Assembly (NCBI GenBank): GCA_002633005.1
Contig: NMRA01000039.1
Coordinates: forward strand, 786,335 to 850,334
DNA length: 64,000 nt
Origin: Phoronis australis
Taxonomy: Eukaryota; Animalia; Phoronida
Direction: 5' to 3'
The notes below the pieces were generated by a model. It did not search any database, was not told the origin of the DNA, and worked only from the letters and a program-made list of their open reading frames with translations. The position numbers and the translations under genes are program-made. Positions within the stretch are counted from its first letter, which is position 1; every line of letters starts with the position of its first letter. Positions 50,348-64,000 of this stretch are shown piece by piece.

Positions 50348-51323
50348 TTAATTGTTGACGATAACAGTGGCACCACGTGATAACTTCGATGGGACCGCAC
50401 CCCAGCGTGGACGCTCTGCTACTAAATCCACCTAATTGGGTGCGAAGTTAACTGCCACAGTTAATTTCGATCCAGGACCAAAGTTAACCGTTCATACTGA
50501 CCGCAACTCCCCAAAACATCGATGCGTCGACATTAGTATGAAAGGCCCTTTAGAGTGGTAACTGTCGACCTAATGATTAACAGCAGGTGCCAATCTGAAT
50601 TATATAGATCAAATAATCAGAAACAACTATTGCCTTGCCATAGGCTTGGAGGTTCTCCTCCAAAAACAATGCCCCAAACTCTGACCATTGCAACACATTG
50701 GCTAGGCATCCCAGGCAAATAGCAATTGACAAGGAAATACCTGAACCAAATTCTAGCCACAAAAAACAAAAGTTATCAGTCACGACCTAGCATACAGATA
50801 ATACACCAGAACACACCCAAACCCATGTACTTGAGTATCCGAAGGGCGTATGACAAGGGAAGGCTTGGGGTCTTTGCCAAAAATTTCTTGGAAATAATCA
50901 CACTTTATCTGCACTTAAGTAAAGACTCTTATTACAAGGCTAGTCTGAGACCGGTTTTTGCACCATACGCAACATTTTTTATTGCATCAAATTATACACT
51001 TTCTACTACTACCCTTAACCAATATTTGAAGGCATTATTCATATGCCAACTTCATCAGGACGACATCAAACGATTTCAAGTACGTGAAAAATTTTTAAAG
51101 ACCATTTTAATGACTTTCGATTTTCAGCAGTTTTAAAAGTTTTGAACACAGACTTCTCCTTAATGTGAAAATTTTGCACATTTGTTTTGTGTACTACAGT
51201 GGAGGGGTGTGTCTCAAATTTTTTTTTTTAATTTCCTTCGAACAACGGATACATCACCAGAGTCAACTGTTGAAATTTAAAAAGGGTGGAAAACCCAGTC
51301 AAAACACCCCCCCCCCCCGAAAA

Positions 51324-51549
51324 NNNNNNNNNNNNNNNNNNNNNNNNNNNNNNNNNNNNNNNNNNNNNNNNNNNNNNNNNNNNNNNNNNNNNNNNNNNNN
51401 NNNNNNNNNNNNNNNNNNNNNNNNNNNNNNNNNNNNNNNNNNNNNNNNNNNNNNNNNNNNNNNNNNNNNNNNNNNNNNNNNNNNNNNNNNNNNNNNNNNN
51501 NNNNNNNNNNNNNNNNNNNNNNNNNNNNNNNNNNNNNNNNNNNNNNNNN
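51324..51549. other. Assembly gap (226 N) flanked by poly-C runs
   Basis: Run of N. Confidence 0.99.
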
Positions 51550-52390
51550 CCCCCCCCGAAAAGAAATATGGTGTACCACTGTCACCATACTAGTACATCA
51601 GAAACACATAAGTCACACAATACCAAAACAGAAAAACACAGATTAGAGATGGCCAGAGGTCCATACCTACGCCCTTCTATGAGTGAACTCTGGGTCACTG
51701 ATCTCATGTGTTGTGTCCACACGATGCTGTTATGATTTATGAATGACACAAGAGGAAATTGATTTCTGTGAAACACCTTTATCAATTTATGTCACATGCA
51801 GGCATTGACTCTCAAAACAGGCCTAGACATTAATTTGCAGGTAAAATCTACCTGTGCACTCACCCGGCTATCATCCAAGACAGGGGAAATGAGCAAGTTA
51901 TAACAGGCACAGTAATATTAAAAAATGGCTATTTCAATGTAAAGAAATAAATTTAATCCCATTTAAATCAAGCTTGCAGTGAAATAAGCCGTAGAAGCAC
52001 CAAATGAATTCCTCTCAGGGCATAATAAAATCAAATACGTTTAGGAAGGTAACTACGCTCACCACAAAAAAACTCAGACAGAACAACAAGTGGGTTTAAT
52101 TTCAGTTAGGATCTTCCTTGCCACATAGTAAACAGCAAGAGACATTCTTAATATCAACACTTGTAATGGGAAACATGAGAGGTCAAGAGATCTCCATATC
52201 AAGAAATATCTGTTATCTTAGCAAATCAAATAGTAGTCAACTCAGGAGAGGCACCTCACATCTGACAACATTTGTCCCATGGAATATTGATAAGGCCACT
52301 TCGTAAACTTTGATCTCAAAATAAATCAAGTTTGTGGAACACAGTTTTGATTACAAACAAAATGTTGTGTTGTTACGATTATGATTCTAA

Positions 52391-53112
52391 GTGCATGAAG
52401 TTGTAACTAGATCACTAAAAGGCATTATTGACTTTTATGATTTATTTGTTAAAAATCAGTACTGTAAACCTTCTTCAGAAGTAAAATGGAATTTAAGCTT
52501 AAGCATGACCAATGAAAGTATGGATTGGGATTCCATATCTAGTGCTAGTGGCAAGTATACTAATACAAAAATGAGGTGGTTTAATTATAGAATTGTACAT
52601 TCTTCCAACACGTTTTCTCAAATAAATTGGTATTGTAAACTCAAATCTATGTTCTTTTTGCTAAGAAGTCCCCGAATCAATTACAATTGTTCTCGGAGTG
52701 TAGATATTGTTAAAATTTTGTGGAACAAATAACTATTTTGGCTCAAGCAGATTTTTCACAATATAAATATTTCCGTAAAAGAGGTTTTGTTAGATTTTTG
52801 CAATAGAAGTTTGTTTGTATATATCAGATTTTGCTAAACGAAAATGTTTGTATATAGGGAGAAATTTAAGGAAGCTGTACCTATTTTTGATAATTTATGA
52901 GTTTATACCATAGGTTATTGTAAAGTTGATTACTTGATTTGTAAACAAAATTTTGAGTTGGAGCAACACATAACTAAGAGGAAAGATCTTGCATATTTTA
53001 TTTAGAATCTCTGTACCTATCATACTTGGTATTTAGTGTTGTTATTTGTGACTAAGTGTGCACACTTGCTATGTATAAATGTTTTGTATGTTTTTTCAGC
53101 AAAAATAAAAAA
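52391..53112 (+). mobile_element. L1/Tx1-type LINE 3' relic (ORF2 C-terminal Cys-rich region plus A tail)
   Basis: Decayed frames KPSSEVKWN...DWDSI...NTKMRWFNYRIVH..ILPT...IGIVNSNLCSFC...ESI; T-rich 3' UTR ending in aataaaaaa near 53104. Confidence 0.7.
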
Positions 53113-54269
53113 GTTTGTGGAGGCAATCTGTGAACTCCAGTGGGTAGATGGTTTATTGTAACTGGGATACTAAATGACTGTATAAAAAAAAAACGGGTTT
53201 GGCCTCAAAACACGAAGCACAAGGAAGTTTTCAATGATGGAGCAGCATTAAAAGAGTCAAACACCACACTTACCCTTGACACGTGTGCAAACACAAACAG
53301 AGCATAAATTAACATATTTTATCATGTTAAAACATGTTAACATTATGAGATTAAATGCAATTTGACTTGGTGCAAATTGGTAAGTCCTGTAAACTACACT
53401 ACAGTTATGAGGTACACAAAGTAAATCTACTAAGTTTCTCCATTGTCAGCCATGTCTAAACATAAGTGGTATCCAACGGAGATGATCATCTTAACAGCAG
53501 AATTTTCATACTGGCGCTTGGCGCTCTCTGTTGTTTTAAGAGCTTGAAAGTGACTACATATTGGTTCATAAATTCAAAAACAGAGAAATAAATCCCATGT
53601 CAGGCACCTCCCAAATGTTTGATTAGGTCAATTTTACTAATTTATATTAGTTTTTTCACATCAGCTAGGATCGAAGTTCTCCCGCTTTATCAGTCGCATC
53701 TACTGATTTTGAAAGGCATGGAGTCTTCTTTGCAGTGGGAAATGTACGTGGCAGAAGTCCTTCATCCATGGATATTTCAAGAGGTTTGCCTTTTTCCGTC
53801 AGCCATTAGTACACCCGACCGCACATCAGTGGAAATTGATCAGCATTATGATAGCAGGAAAGGTGTTAAAACACAGTCAAAACCATGTATGAGCAAACTT
53901 ATGTTATAACAACAACTACAGCCTTCTGAGTACGGGCCAAAAAAAGAAAAGGTATTTGCCGAGTTACCACTGGCTGGTAATTCCTCGGTTGCAGATTGCT
54001 GGGAGCTGTGGCACCATCTGCTAATATAATATTCACTTTTGTTTTCAAGACATGTAACAGACTCATGCTGTTGTCTAGACTTAAATGTAAATTAAGAACT
54101 CAACAAAATAGAGGTGTTATTTACCAATCAATTGTAACAAATGTGATGACTAAATAGTATAGGCATGACAACTGGGATCTTGTAAACTGGAGTCAATGGG
54201 CATGCTAAAGACCTGACTTACTCTATAATTTTAGTCACTCAGTGTTAACTGGTTATGAGCTTGGCTTTT

Positions 54270-54570
54270 CTGGAGTTAAAGATACCAGACGAAGACCCAA
54301 ACAATTTCAAGCTGTGTGTCCCTGAATGTTTTCACATCAAACACACTCATGCTGAGAGCTGGACAAAAATTTTGGATGGTATGGTTTAGAGTTATTCTGA
54401 TCACTGTCTTGTCGCTTGCCAGTACTACCCTTGCACTGTGATGTTCATTTAGTGTTTTGGTTGTATAGCCAGTTAGTGGTATTTCTTCCTGAGGATGGTT
54501 TTAAGTCAATAAACTGAAACGCTGACTTGACAAGAACTTAGATCATGAATCGCTCTCAGTTTTCATTTTC
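54270..54570 (+). mobile_element. Degenerate Penelope-like 3' end with hammerhead-like core (54489-54523)
   Basis: Decayed frame KIPDEDPNNFKLCVPECFHIK...LDKNFGW resembles the PLE endonuclease C-terminus, followed by CTGAGGAtggtttt...aaactGAAAcgct. Confidence 0.55.
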
Positions 54571-57072
54571 AATGTGAACATTGGTATGTACAGTAAACTA
54601 GCTTCCATTTAGGACATGATAAGGCCAACAAGTGAAATTGTATTTCTTTTTTTTCCATGAAACACAAGTCGCACCAAATTAAAAGACTTTTCATGTTCTA
54701 GTTTTGTAACGCATTTAGTAGCAAAGTTTCCAGAAACAGTCGACATTCACAACAGTTGCTTGTACACTGTTCCCAACTGCTGTACTCAGTTACATCATGT
54801 TACTTTCTCAGAAATTTGCCAGGCGACAACCTGTTCCCTGCAACAGACCTAGACAGTGTAGGCTTGCAACATCAGTGGCAAGTTACGGTTGCTTCAGAGA
54901 TGAAACCAATTGACATGATGATCAATAACAGGCAGCCCAGTCAAACAAAACAGTTCAAATTAATTGGTAGGAGTTGTTATTGAAATTGTAGTTAAAATAA
55001 ATTAATAAATTCATAGTCATTCTCCGTGGGCATGCTGAGAACCTGCAATCACTGCACTTTCAAGTACCTCATTTACGAACCCGCCCTTCTGGATATGAGA
55101 TTTGGATCTGTTTGCCAAAACTACCGACATATGAGAACCATAGGTGGCACTGAACATTTTCCAAACCTATCCTAACCTAGAAAAACGGTTTGTTTCAATG
55201 AATTGCCAATTACTCGGAAAATAATAATTCAAACTATGAAACGAATCAATTAAATAAACTACAAGATTTTATGGCTCCGATTCACTTAATGACACACAAC
55301 TTACAAACTTGCAGTCTAGAGGCTGGACTCCGTGAACAAATGACACATGTAAGAGACAAGGTAACCTTTGGCATCTTGACCTGACACAGGAGGAGTCAAA
55401 GTATGCAGTTGACAGATTAGCACACAGATGTCTAAAATGACAACACATCATTAATTGTGGATAATCGCTAAGCCCACAGCTGGCCCCCTCAGTTCACAAT
55501 CTGCAGAAGGTGTTATTTCAACTATTTCCATTTATATTTGTTGATAAATGTACCCCTCACAACAACTGGAAAAATGTTTCTCAAAACAGGCATTAAATCC
55601 AGACGTAGTGCCCTCTTTAAAAATCTTCATTTTGAACTGATTTCCGTTACGGAGAATCTATTTAATAGGTTCTAAATCCACAAGACAGTTTTGACAGAAT
55701 GCCCTTTGTTTCAGAGTGTGCTTTCAACATCTGCGTGCTTGGTCAAATTTTCCTGAGTAGACTCAAACACGTTTGAAGTGCCATATCAAAACTAAGCTTA
55801 TGACCAAAACTAACCACAAAAGTAGATACATCAAGCAACGACCATGAATCGGTTTGCCTGTCAAAACCAAGCCGCATTTTATCATCCATGACGGATAGAA
55901 GTTATCGCTAGGTGATGTCAAAGTCTGAGTACACCGTAGCTATTGCAAGGCAGTGTAACGCAAATGATGTGTAACTGTATTCTTAGAATGTGAACAATTG
56001 TGTGTATTTTCAGATAATAAATAAAACGAACTCTTTACAGTAATATGATAGCGAACAATAACATTAATATTACATGAGGATTTAATTATCAACAGCAGAG
56101 CCTGCCAATAACTACAATGTCTTCAAAGTCATAAGTTTCAGACCGCATCAAAGCGTCAACGCTCACTTGTTTACTGCGAAGTTAACACTTGATTTCAACA
56201 ATGTTCCACAACAACACTAAGTTTTTCCACCAAAGTGACACTCCCCAAAACTTTGACACGATGATTGGTGCAAACTTCTTGTTTGACTACGATGTTCTCA
56301 TAGGTTGAAACAGGAAAGTAAGTCATCGTAAAAATGAAGAAATGACCCCAGTTAGTTCATGGTGGAAACATACGTCAACAATGGCAGTAGTCCTCATGTC
56401 GCTCTTCCATTAAACTCTGGTCTCTCGAAACTCCATTGCAACTCTCCCAGCCTTTCCCACTGACTCCTCTCTGACACTGAAGTCAACACTAGCTCTCCAG
56501 ATTCAACACCAGATGGCGAAGTTGATTCATACGCTCAAATGAATGAGTGTGCTGTGTGTCGAGATCTCTAGCTATCACCACCGTCGCAAAAGATTTGATC
56601 TTTCCCACTGCAGGGGAGTTGCACAACAGTTCACTCTAGGAGTTGCGCTTTCGCACCGACAGAAACTCCTCAAAACAGGGGAGCAGTAGCACTGATGAGA
56701 ACACAACTTAGGATTTTCAGAATAATTTTATTTTTCGCTATACTATACATCAAGAATTAAAAAATAGGTTAACGTAAAAATGTAAAAAAGCATTTAAAAT
56801 TAATTTTTTGTATCCACCTGCCTTAATCAGAAAACAAAGTTAACAATTTTCTCAAGTTCACTGGTAACTCTATCCATTCCACTACTCATAATACAGATGT
56901 TTGCTACATACTCTCAACTGGAGGTAATGAGAACAGAATTAGAACTTAAATCTCTTCAATTTTGCACAAAATCAAATTCTAAAACCATTCATTTTTAACG
57001 ATTTATAATACTGTTGTGAATGTCCACAAATTCTCAAAACACTGACAACTGCCAAGGTGAAGACGGCAATAG

Positions 57073-57165
57073 TCACTCACAGGGTCCCCAGATTTTGAGA
57101 ACCAGTTTGATGTCTGTTATTCAATGGAGAAAACTGGTTCCCAAAATGTAGGGCCCTTGTAAGTG
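57073..57165. repeat. Imperfect ~93-bp hairpin/mini-MITE
   Basis: cactcacagggtccccagattttgagaaccagtt mirrored by aactggttcccaaaatgtagggcccttgtaagtg. Confidence 0.7.
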
Positions 57166-60100
57166 TCTGTTAGCGCAAAGAACTTAAAAATGATAAAGCA
57201 TCAACTTAGTGCTACTTATACTTAATAAAAAAGTGCAAAAAGGACAAAATTTTACTTTACTATGTCCTAAACTAGAGATTTTATCATATTTTGGTTGTTC
57301 ATATCACATCAGTTCAGCAATTAGACATACAAAACCAGTAATTTTTACTTATGGCTGACAAGTGAAATTCTGTTTTGATAAATTTCCCTACAAAAAAATA
57401 GAAGTTAGGAAAATTTTAATCAATTTCTCTCCTAGCTTGTACTGATGTCATAAAACAACATTTGGTCTAAGAGTTTCCACTATCTTTAGCAAACTAACCG
57501 GCATTTGGAGAAATGACAATTTGGCACTTAATTTTTGTGCAAAATAAGTGAAGAATTATCGTAACAAGAAGGAATACTTCACAATATGCACCAACAAAAT
57601 AATGTGCAACTCTGACATCACTGTGACCATGTTGTGAACCTAACTCAATGGGTGATGTAAAGGTAATGTTTACATTGCTGTGGTGCATACAAAATTTAGC
57701 TTAACCTTTGGATTAGCATAGATATGTCAGCTTGATAAAACAACATTTTTTTAACCTTGACATAGAGTAAACTCCAAGGAGTGGTGCATATTAACAAAAA
57801 AAATCTTCCAAACACTGCTCGAATAAAAACAGATTGGGGGCCGAAAATTACAAAACTTCACTCAAGATTCACTCATCTCTCAGACATGTACAATTGGAAA
57901 GATTATGCAAAACTATGCCATGCGATTGGTTTATATTCTAGCAGTCTTGAATAGAAATGTGGTGGTGACGGGCCTGGATCCATTCTGACCTCCGACCCTT
58001 TGCAAACCTGAGCCAGATACCAGTGGGGATTGTAAGCTTCACGTTTTTAAACACTAGGATTAGAAATCAACTGATCACAACCACACTTGAGAGCAATCCC
58101 CATGCACTAACCAGTTTAACAGGGGCTAGTACTACATGACATAAATCAGGACTTTCTGCATGGTTGAGTTCAGCTCCCTACTTCAGTGAGTATGACCTGG
58201 GACCTCACTCACTGTATGATGTAAAAAATGCTGCTTAAAATGACAATGTGATGAGATCAAAGAAAACAGGATGAGACCGCTCAGATCTCGTGGGACCTGG
58301 TTTACTCAACCACAACCCAATACTTAGTCACGTATTGCGTCCAGTGAGAAACGCTTGATTTCAACAGGTTAATGGCAAACTTGGATCTTGAACTAATGAA
58401 CACTAATACTAGACAAACACTTTCTGAAGAGCAGTAATGATTTTACTTCATCAAAAAATGGGGTCAACTCAATAATTCAAGGACAGGTGTTAGTTCCTTG
58501 AGTTTTTGCAATCTGAAAAGGTTTTGGAAATTTCCAGTGCTCAATAAAAGCAAATAATTGTGCTATAAGCCACAACACAAGTCAAATGCCATGATACACA
58601 GCATGTGTTGGCTCTCAATTCTGAGGTGTATAAGACACAGTTTGCTTCAAATCTTGTAGAAAATGACAACACGAACCCTGCCAAACCTTCAGAAAGACCG
58701 AAATCCTCTTCCTCAAATCTGAACTGATGCTAAAGATTCCACGTCACAAGCCAAATCAAACACCTTGTGCGCTAAATTGAAAGTCCAGTCAAACTAGTTA
58801 ACTTGGCACAAAAACAACAGAACTGAAAATGAGCAAACCTGTGACCTGGAAATTCCTCTGTCTGACCTTTTGACATGCTCCCTCCACCCACACTGTAGGC
58901 AGATAGTCCCTAACAGGCTATTACCACGGCAACAGGTGGGTGGCAGGACAACAGTCACTTTTAGTGAGCAACTGCTAATTCATTTTCCTGCCTGTTTCCC
59001 ATTGGTTGCAGGTCAGAGTGCATGACCTTGTCTGGACTCTAACACATGCGAGGTCAGAGAAATGACCCGCAAAGCAACAACAGGTGGCAAAAACTAGAGC
59101 CAATTTATGTAGCGTACAAAAATGGAAATGCAAATTTTATCACAGTTTTGATGTACTGTAAAGTTTAAGGATCAACACATTACTCAAGTCAGTGGTTTGA
59201 GGTCCAGACTTGAAAGACCAAGGTTCCAATCTAATAACAGGCATGTTATTGTTACTAAACCTTTTTCCAACTTCACTGAGTGGTCTTAAGTATGAACCTG
59301 AATAGAAGGCAAAACAGCAAAGTTGGTCAATCAATGGCTGGTATGATATTCTTTTAGACGTTTGTATAATTTCCAAAAAATCCAGCTGAGCCTTAAGACG
59401 AGAAAGAGGTGCAGACTTTTTTCTATTTTCGTTCATCCCAAAACCAGCTTCAGTGAACTGCACAGATTGCTGTTCGTGTCAACTGGGGGGAGATACGGGA
59501 AGGCAGTAGGATGAGGTGATTGTAACTCACTTGGCCAGTAATAGTGTTTAAAAACCTTGCTTGAATGCGCACTGCTGTAGCCAGACTGCTTTCTTCAAAA
59601 CATACACATACCCAGGATAAGAGACCTTTGTTTTATCATCACATCAATCAATTTTATTGCAGAGAGTGAACATATTTTGACATGCAATTTCAACCTCACT
59701 GGGTGCAGTGGTGACTCGCTCACACCTCAGCTCCTCTGCCTGTTTTAGCCAGTGAAACTGCCCGTGTCTCCACCATCCATGTGAGCCTAGCAAGTCATGA
59801 CAATAGGTAGGCATGAGCTGGCAGACCACTAGTCAAATTAGTTTGCTAGTTAACAAATTTGGACACTACTTGCAGAAAATTTACCTATCGGTATCAATCC
59901 AGTAAAATTTGGCAGGACTACAACTATTCCCGCAATTCTGCCCTACATGCCACAGGTGAAACATTCCAGCACTCGAAAATTCGAGTGAGGGTATGCACTT
60001 GAATTTCTGGATTTGCAAAAATGAAAAAGTGACAACAAAAAAAAAACGTCAAGTGTACTTTTACATACCGTACAACCAAATTCATCGTCACAGTAGTCTC

Positions 60101-63100
60101 CCCTGATGACCGAGGATGAAGGGGAATTAACTGGAAAGTTCTAAGATGGCAAAGCCATTCTGTAATTAGAAATCTGTCACCCTGATGGTTACTACTAGTC
60201 CTTTTTGTTGTTAACAGAATGTCAGGATTGGAATCCATTTTGTCTGATTGCTGTTGTCATGTACTATACATCACAACACAACTGGTACTAGCTCATTTGA
60301 CCACAACAATGATTCATCACTCCAGATCACATTCAGTTAGCACAGTAGTTCAACAGACTGCAGCTTGACAAGTGTGCAGATTAAAAACAGAAAATCCAAT
60401 CTTGACCTAACAATTTAGATATATACACACAATGTCATTTTCAAGCAGTGGCCATGGTTCATGGTTTGTTTCCTCTACTTCAATTTCCACAGAAAAAGTA
60501 ACCCAATAATTTAGCAGAAGACACAACTGAAGTATAATGATGGACAACAGCCATAGTATGGTATGATGGACAACACATTATGCCCAAAGCATTGCGTAAT
60601 GCAACAGGCATACTGATCATGGTCTCCAGTGAATATTTTACCTCTGCTACAAGTCTCAGCTTCATCCAAGAATGCACTCTGGATGGTAGACGATGGCTTT
60701 GTGACAAGATCGAAACACGCCAGGACGTTGTGCCTACCTGTTTGCACAAACTTGCAGATCACAAGTGACTAAAAATAGTCCCAAATTGATTTGGACCCAA
60801 ACAATCAAGCCTGACTGCCGGGTAACCACGGCATGAGCCCAGCAGATATTAAACTCCTTTTTAATCCAGTCGTGTATTGAAACTGATAACGGGGAGGCTG
60901 GCATGACAACTCCAGGTGCCCCGTCTTGACACTGCATAAGGTGAACATACCTTGTAATTTTGCTGGGAGACGACCACTACGCAGGCATGACAATGTGTCT
61001 ATTAAACAGCCAAGGGGTCACTGAGTATATTCTGAAAACACTCTGGACCTGTGAAAACCCAAGTCACATGACCACGCCCAGGGCATTTCCTAGATAGACA
61101 GCCATCAGCCAGTGGTTTGCATTACCGTGGTAACAGCCATCTCTGAGCCAGATGTTAGGAATGAATTGTTCTTTTCATGAACTGCTTATAAATGCATTCA
61201 ACATTTTTACGAAAAGATTAATTCGATACAAAAAGCAGTTTAGAACTACACAAGTGACAGTCTCTAGGCAACAGACATTGGCTTCACATTCCCATTTCCA
61301 CAGGCTTTCCACCTAACTTCAGAAAATTGCAAATAAAACAACGTAAATCTGCAACCACTAACCACTTCCTGAAGTCCAACTGCGATTAATATTCAAAAAC
61401 CACAGTATTTACCCATAGTGCCCCATGGGTTCTGAGAGCAGGTATTAGTCTCATTTTGTACCACAAAGCAGTCACACGCCACTCTCCTGAATTCATATCC
61501 CCGTTTTTAAGGTTATGTATTGACCCCAGAAAATGTTCAGATCAGGATTTCTTCACAACAACATATCTCAGAAATGGCTGAATGGATTTGTATGAAACGT
61601 TCACAAATCAGCGCTTTATACACAGTTCTCCAAAACGCTGCTGGGAATTGTTTAAATAAAATTGTTCCACTATCAAAAACAGCACAATTTTTGTGACAAA
61701 AATCAAAAGATGCATAAAACGAGAACGAAATGATACTCAAGAAAACTGTGAAAGTTTTTTGGTATGTGCCGGAACAAGTTACTTTACAGATCGTGGATTA
61801 GGCGGGTTAAAATATTACCACAGTGCTCCTGAGTGCCACAGCAGTCCTTGAAGAAAATGGACAAGGGATCAGTTTGAGGACTTGCTATTCTGTCTCTTTT
61901 ATCTCACCCCCATAACTATAGGCCTGTGAAACACATGACAAAACATTGACCCAACATTAAGTCCCTGTCCATAGGCAAACAGGGCCAACTCCCTGCTATC
62001 AGCTGTTCCATTATCCTTGCAATGTTTCAGTCCCTTAGCTTAGGGTAGGTTCAGAATAGTGAATGAATGGCTTACCTTCATCACAACAGGGACTGAGATC
62101 TAGACCCAATGTTAAAATAGGAGCTCATACTACCCCCACCCCAGATCACTAACACAACACCCTATGAACTGTGGCAGACCAGTGAAATTTCCTGTAGCAC
62201 CAAACGAATGTTGGTTCCATGTTCATACTCTGTAACACAGGTACCACCGGACATTACTTTGAAAAGTATGGGCATACGCAACAATTTTACCGAGTCTTTG
62301 AAAAATAAAAAGGGCAATTTTGATAATCATTTTTTGTCCAAAATTGGTGAGATTCAACCATAAGCTACATCTCCATCCTTGGTCAATTATTATTATTATT
62401 TACAGTAACAAGTGCCCAATAGTCTTAGATTCACTGAAAACCCTTCACAGCTAACAAAATACAAAGGTCATCCTCTTTCAAAACAAACCCCATAAAACAA
62501 ATAAATTTATCAGATCATCTTTCAGAGCCTACAAGCCAAACATGGCTGGCAACTGAAATGTTTTCTCATTTTTTCCATGAGATAAGTGGCACCAAAGTAA
62601 TGCTTTATGTTCTGCGCCACAACTACCAGCATGGACTTCCACACTGTATAATGCAAGTCCATGCTACCAAACTTGTTCACTAAGGGTCCCAGGTGTAAAA
62701 AGCGAGAGTGGCAATGTAGTCCATCTAATCCAGCCTTTTTGTTGTGTTTGCGCAAATACAGAGTTGGATTGTGCTCCTGGGAGTTGTGAGAATACAGTTG
62801 GTTGGATACCCTTGTAAATATTATGGTTCTTCTAGGCGACCAACATTGCATTCATTCAACCTGGGATACTGATACACAATAGAAGATAAGTGATAAACAG
62901 TAAGATTAGCCTGAGGGTCTCTCTCCATCACTCAGGTTCATTGGCACCATATGTTGCCATTCTATACATACCTAGACAGAAACAAAAAGGCCGGATTTGC
63001 ATGAAGGGAGACTGACCACTGGTGATCTGTGGTATATATTCTTCAATTAAAGATGAAAGAGCCGCTATGGCCAAAAAAGCGTAGTTGATTCTGGTCTGTA

Positions 63101-64000
63101 CCGAGACTCATTTTGAGACCTGTGCTCACATCAATTTCAGCCAGGGTGGTCTCGTGATTTTTTGAAAAGCTGCATGAAGGCACGTAGGCAAGATTTGTCA
63201 TGCAATGGATAAAACAAATTTCCCCTAATAATTTTTGCTCACCTCAGGAGCATTTTCTATTTTTGAAAAAGTGAACAACTGAAAAATAATTGCACCAACG
63301 ACTTGATGTTCAAAAATTGACCAGGCTCAACTAAAATGAGCTTGTCTGGCTTATTTTTTGCCATTTTACGAAGGTATACTAAATTAAACTGTAAATGTTC
63401 GACTGAAAAGACAAATGCAGCTCCCTTCATGATACTGCACCATAAATTGAAGAACATTTATGTAAGTAAAAGCAAACTAAACATCAGTTAGTTTGGCAGC
63501 GATACCAAAATCCACCCAACACCCTAAGTATCCCTCACAGACTTCACAGTCTACAGTAACAGTTGATAACTAAGCCATAGGAGTTGATTAAGAGACATGA
63601 TCAGGCACGCCTTTCCCACAAACACCTGAATAAAAAGCCATAAATGTCACTATAACAAAAAGAAACGATGATCAAATTCACATAAACATCCGAAAGAGTG
63701 TTTTTCATCTTAAAATCAAATTTTCTCACAATCGCATTTTTTTCGTAAGAGTGCATACAATGTGTGTCACTTGTTTACAAAGTGGAATAAATAACAACCA
63801 ATTGAGCAGCAGTGATCTCTTCAGAGGCCTACACCCCAGGAAAAGTAGGTCAATTATCACCATGGTGCATAATTAATGAGCGATTTGCATATTGCAATGC
63901 TTGGCAGTGATTGACGGCATCTCACTAGAGAAGATGACACTCGAAAGTCATTGTGGTCGATCAGAAGATCAAAATGTTAGCAAAGTTAATTCTCGACCGG

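Larger units (their letters stand above)
47819..50549. mobile_element. Harbinger/Tourist-like MITE whose halves (47819-47908 and ~50352-50549) enclose the Kolobok and piggyBac pieces
   Basis: AAAGGCCTTTTCATAC (47817-47832) versus the reverse complement of GTATGAAAGGCCCTTT (50536-50551), 15/16 match; both halves share an AAGTTAACC...TTCATACTG motif. Confidence 0.55.

Noticed and set aside
51165-51735. ORFs spanning poly-X
   Set aside because: Artefacts of the N gap.
60951-63390. Candidate upstream SPATS2 exons (..CAAG|gtatgt at ~60951; MAKNKPDK at ~63364)
   Set aside because: The first has no in-frame ATG, the second has no good donor, and neither has homology support.

Overview
AT-rich (roughly 37% GC by eye), intron- and repeat-rich animal genomic DNA, probably from an invertebrate; the taxon cannot be fixed from the sequence. 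The left 36.5 kb holds one minus-strand multi-exon gene, a SPATS2/SPATS2L-family homologue. I reconstructed 13 frame-consistent coding exons by hand (about 800 codons), including a 22-nt micro-exon and a His/Ser-repeat exon; the short first coding exon was not located. The introns and the right 27 kb hold mostly transposon relics. These are: an inverted Penelope-like retroelement (GIY-YIG endonuclease, a 48-bp perfect foldback and a hammerhead-type core in the sense orientation of the host pre-mRNA); a second Penelope 3' relic; two THAP-domain DNA transposons (one ISL2EU-like and split by an insertion, one Kolobok-like with ~320-bp arms that duplicate the ORF start); a piggyBac-like end; an L1/Tx1 3' relic; tRNA-derived SINEs; several MITEs; and minisatellites. 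There is an assembly gap at 51324-51549. Most short ORFs in the supplied track are spurious.
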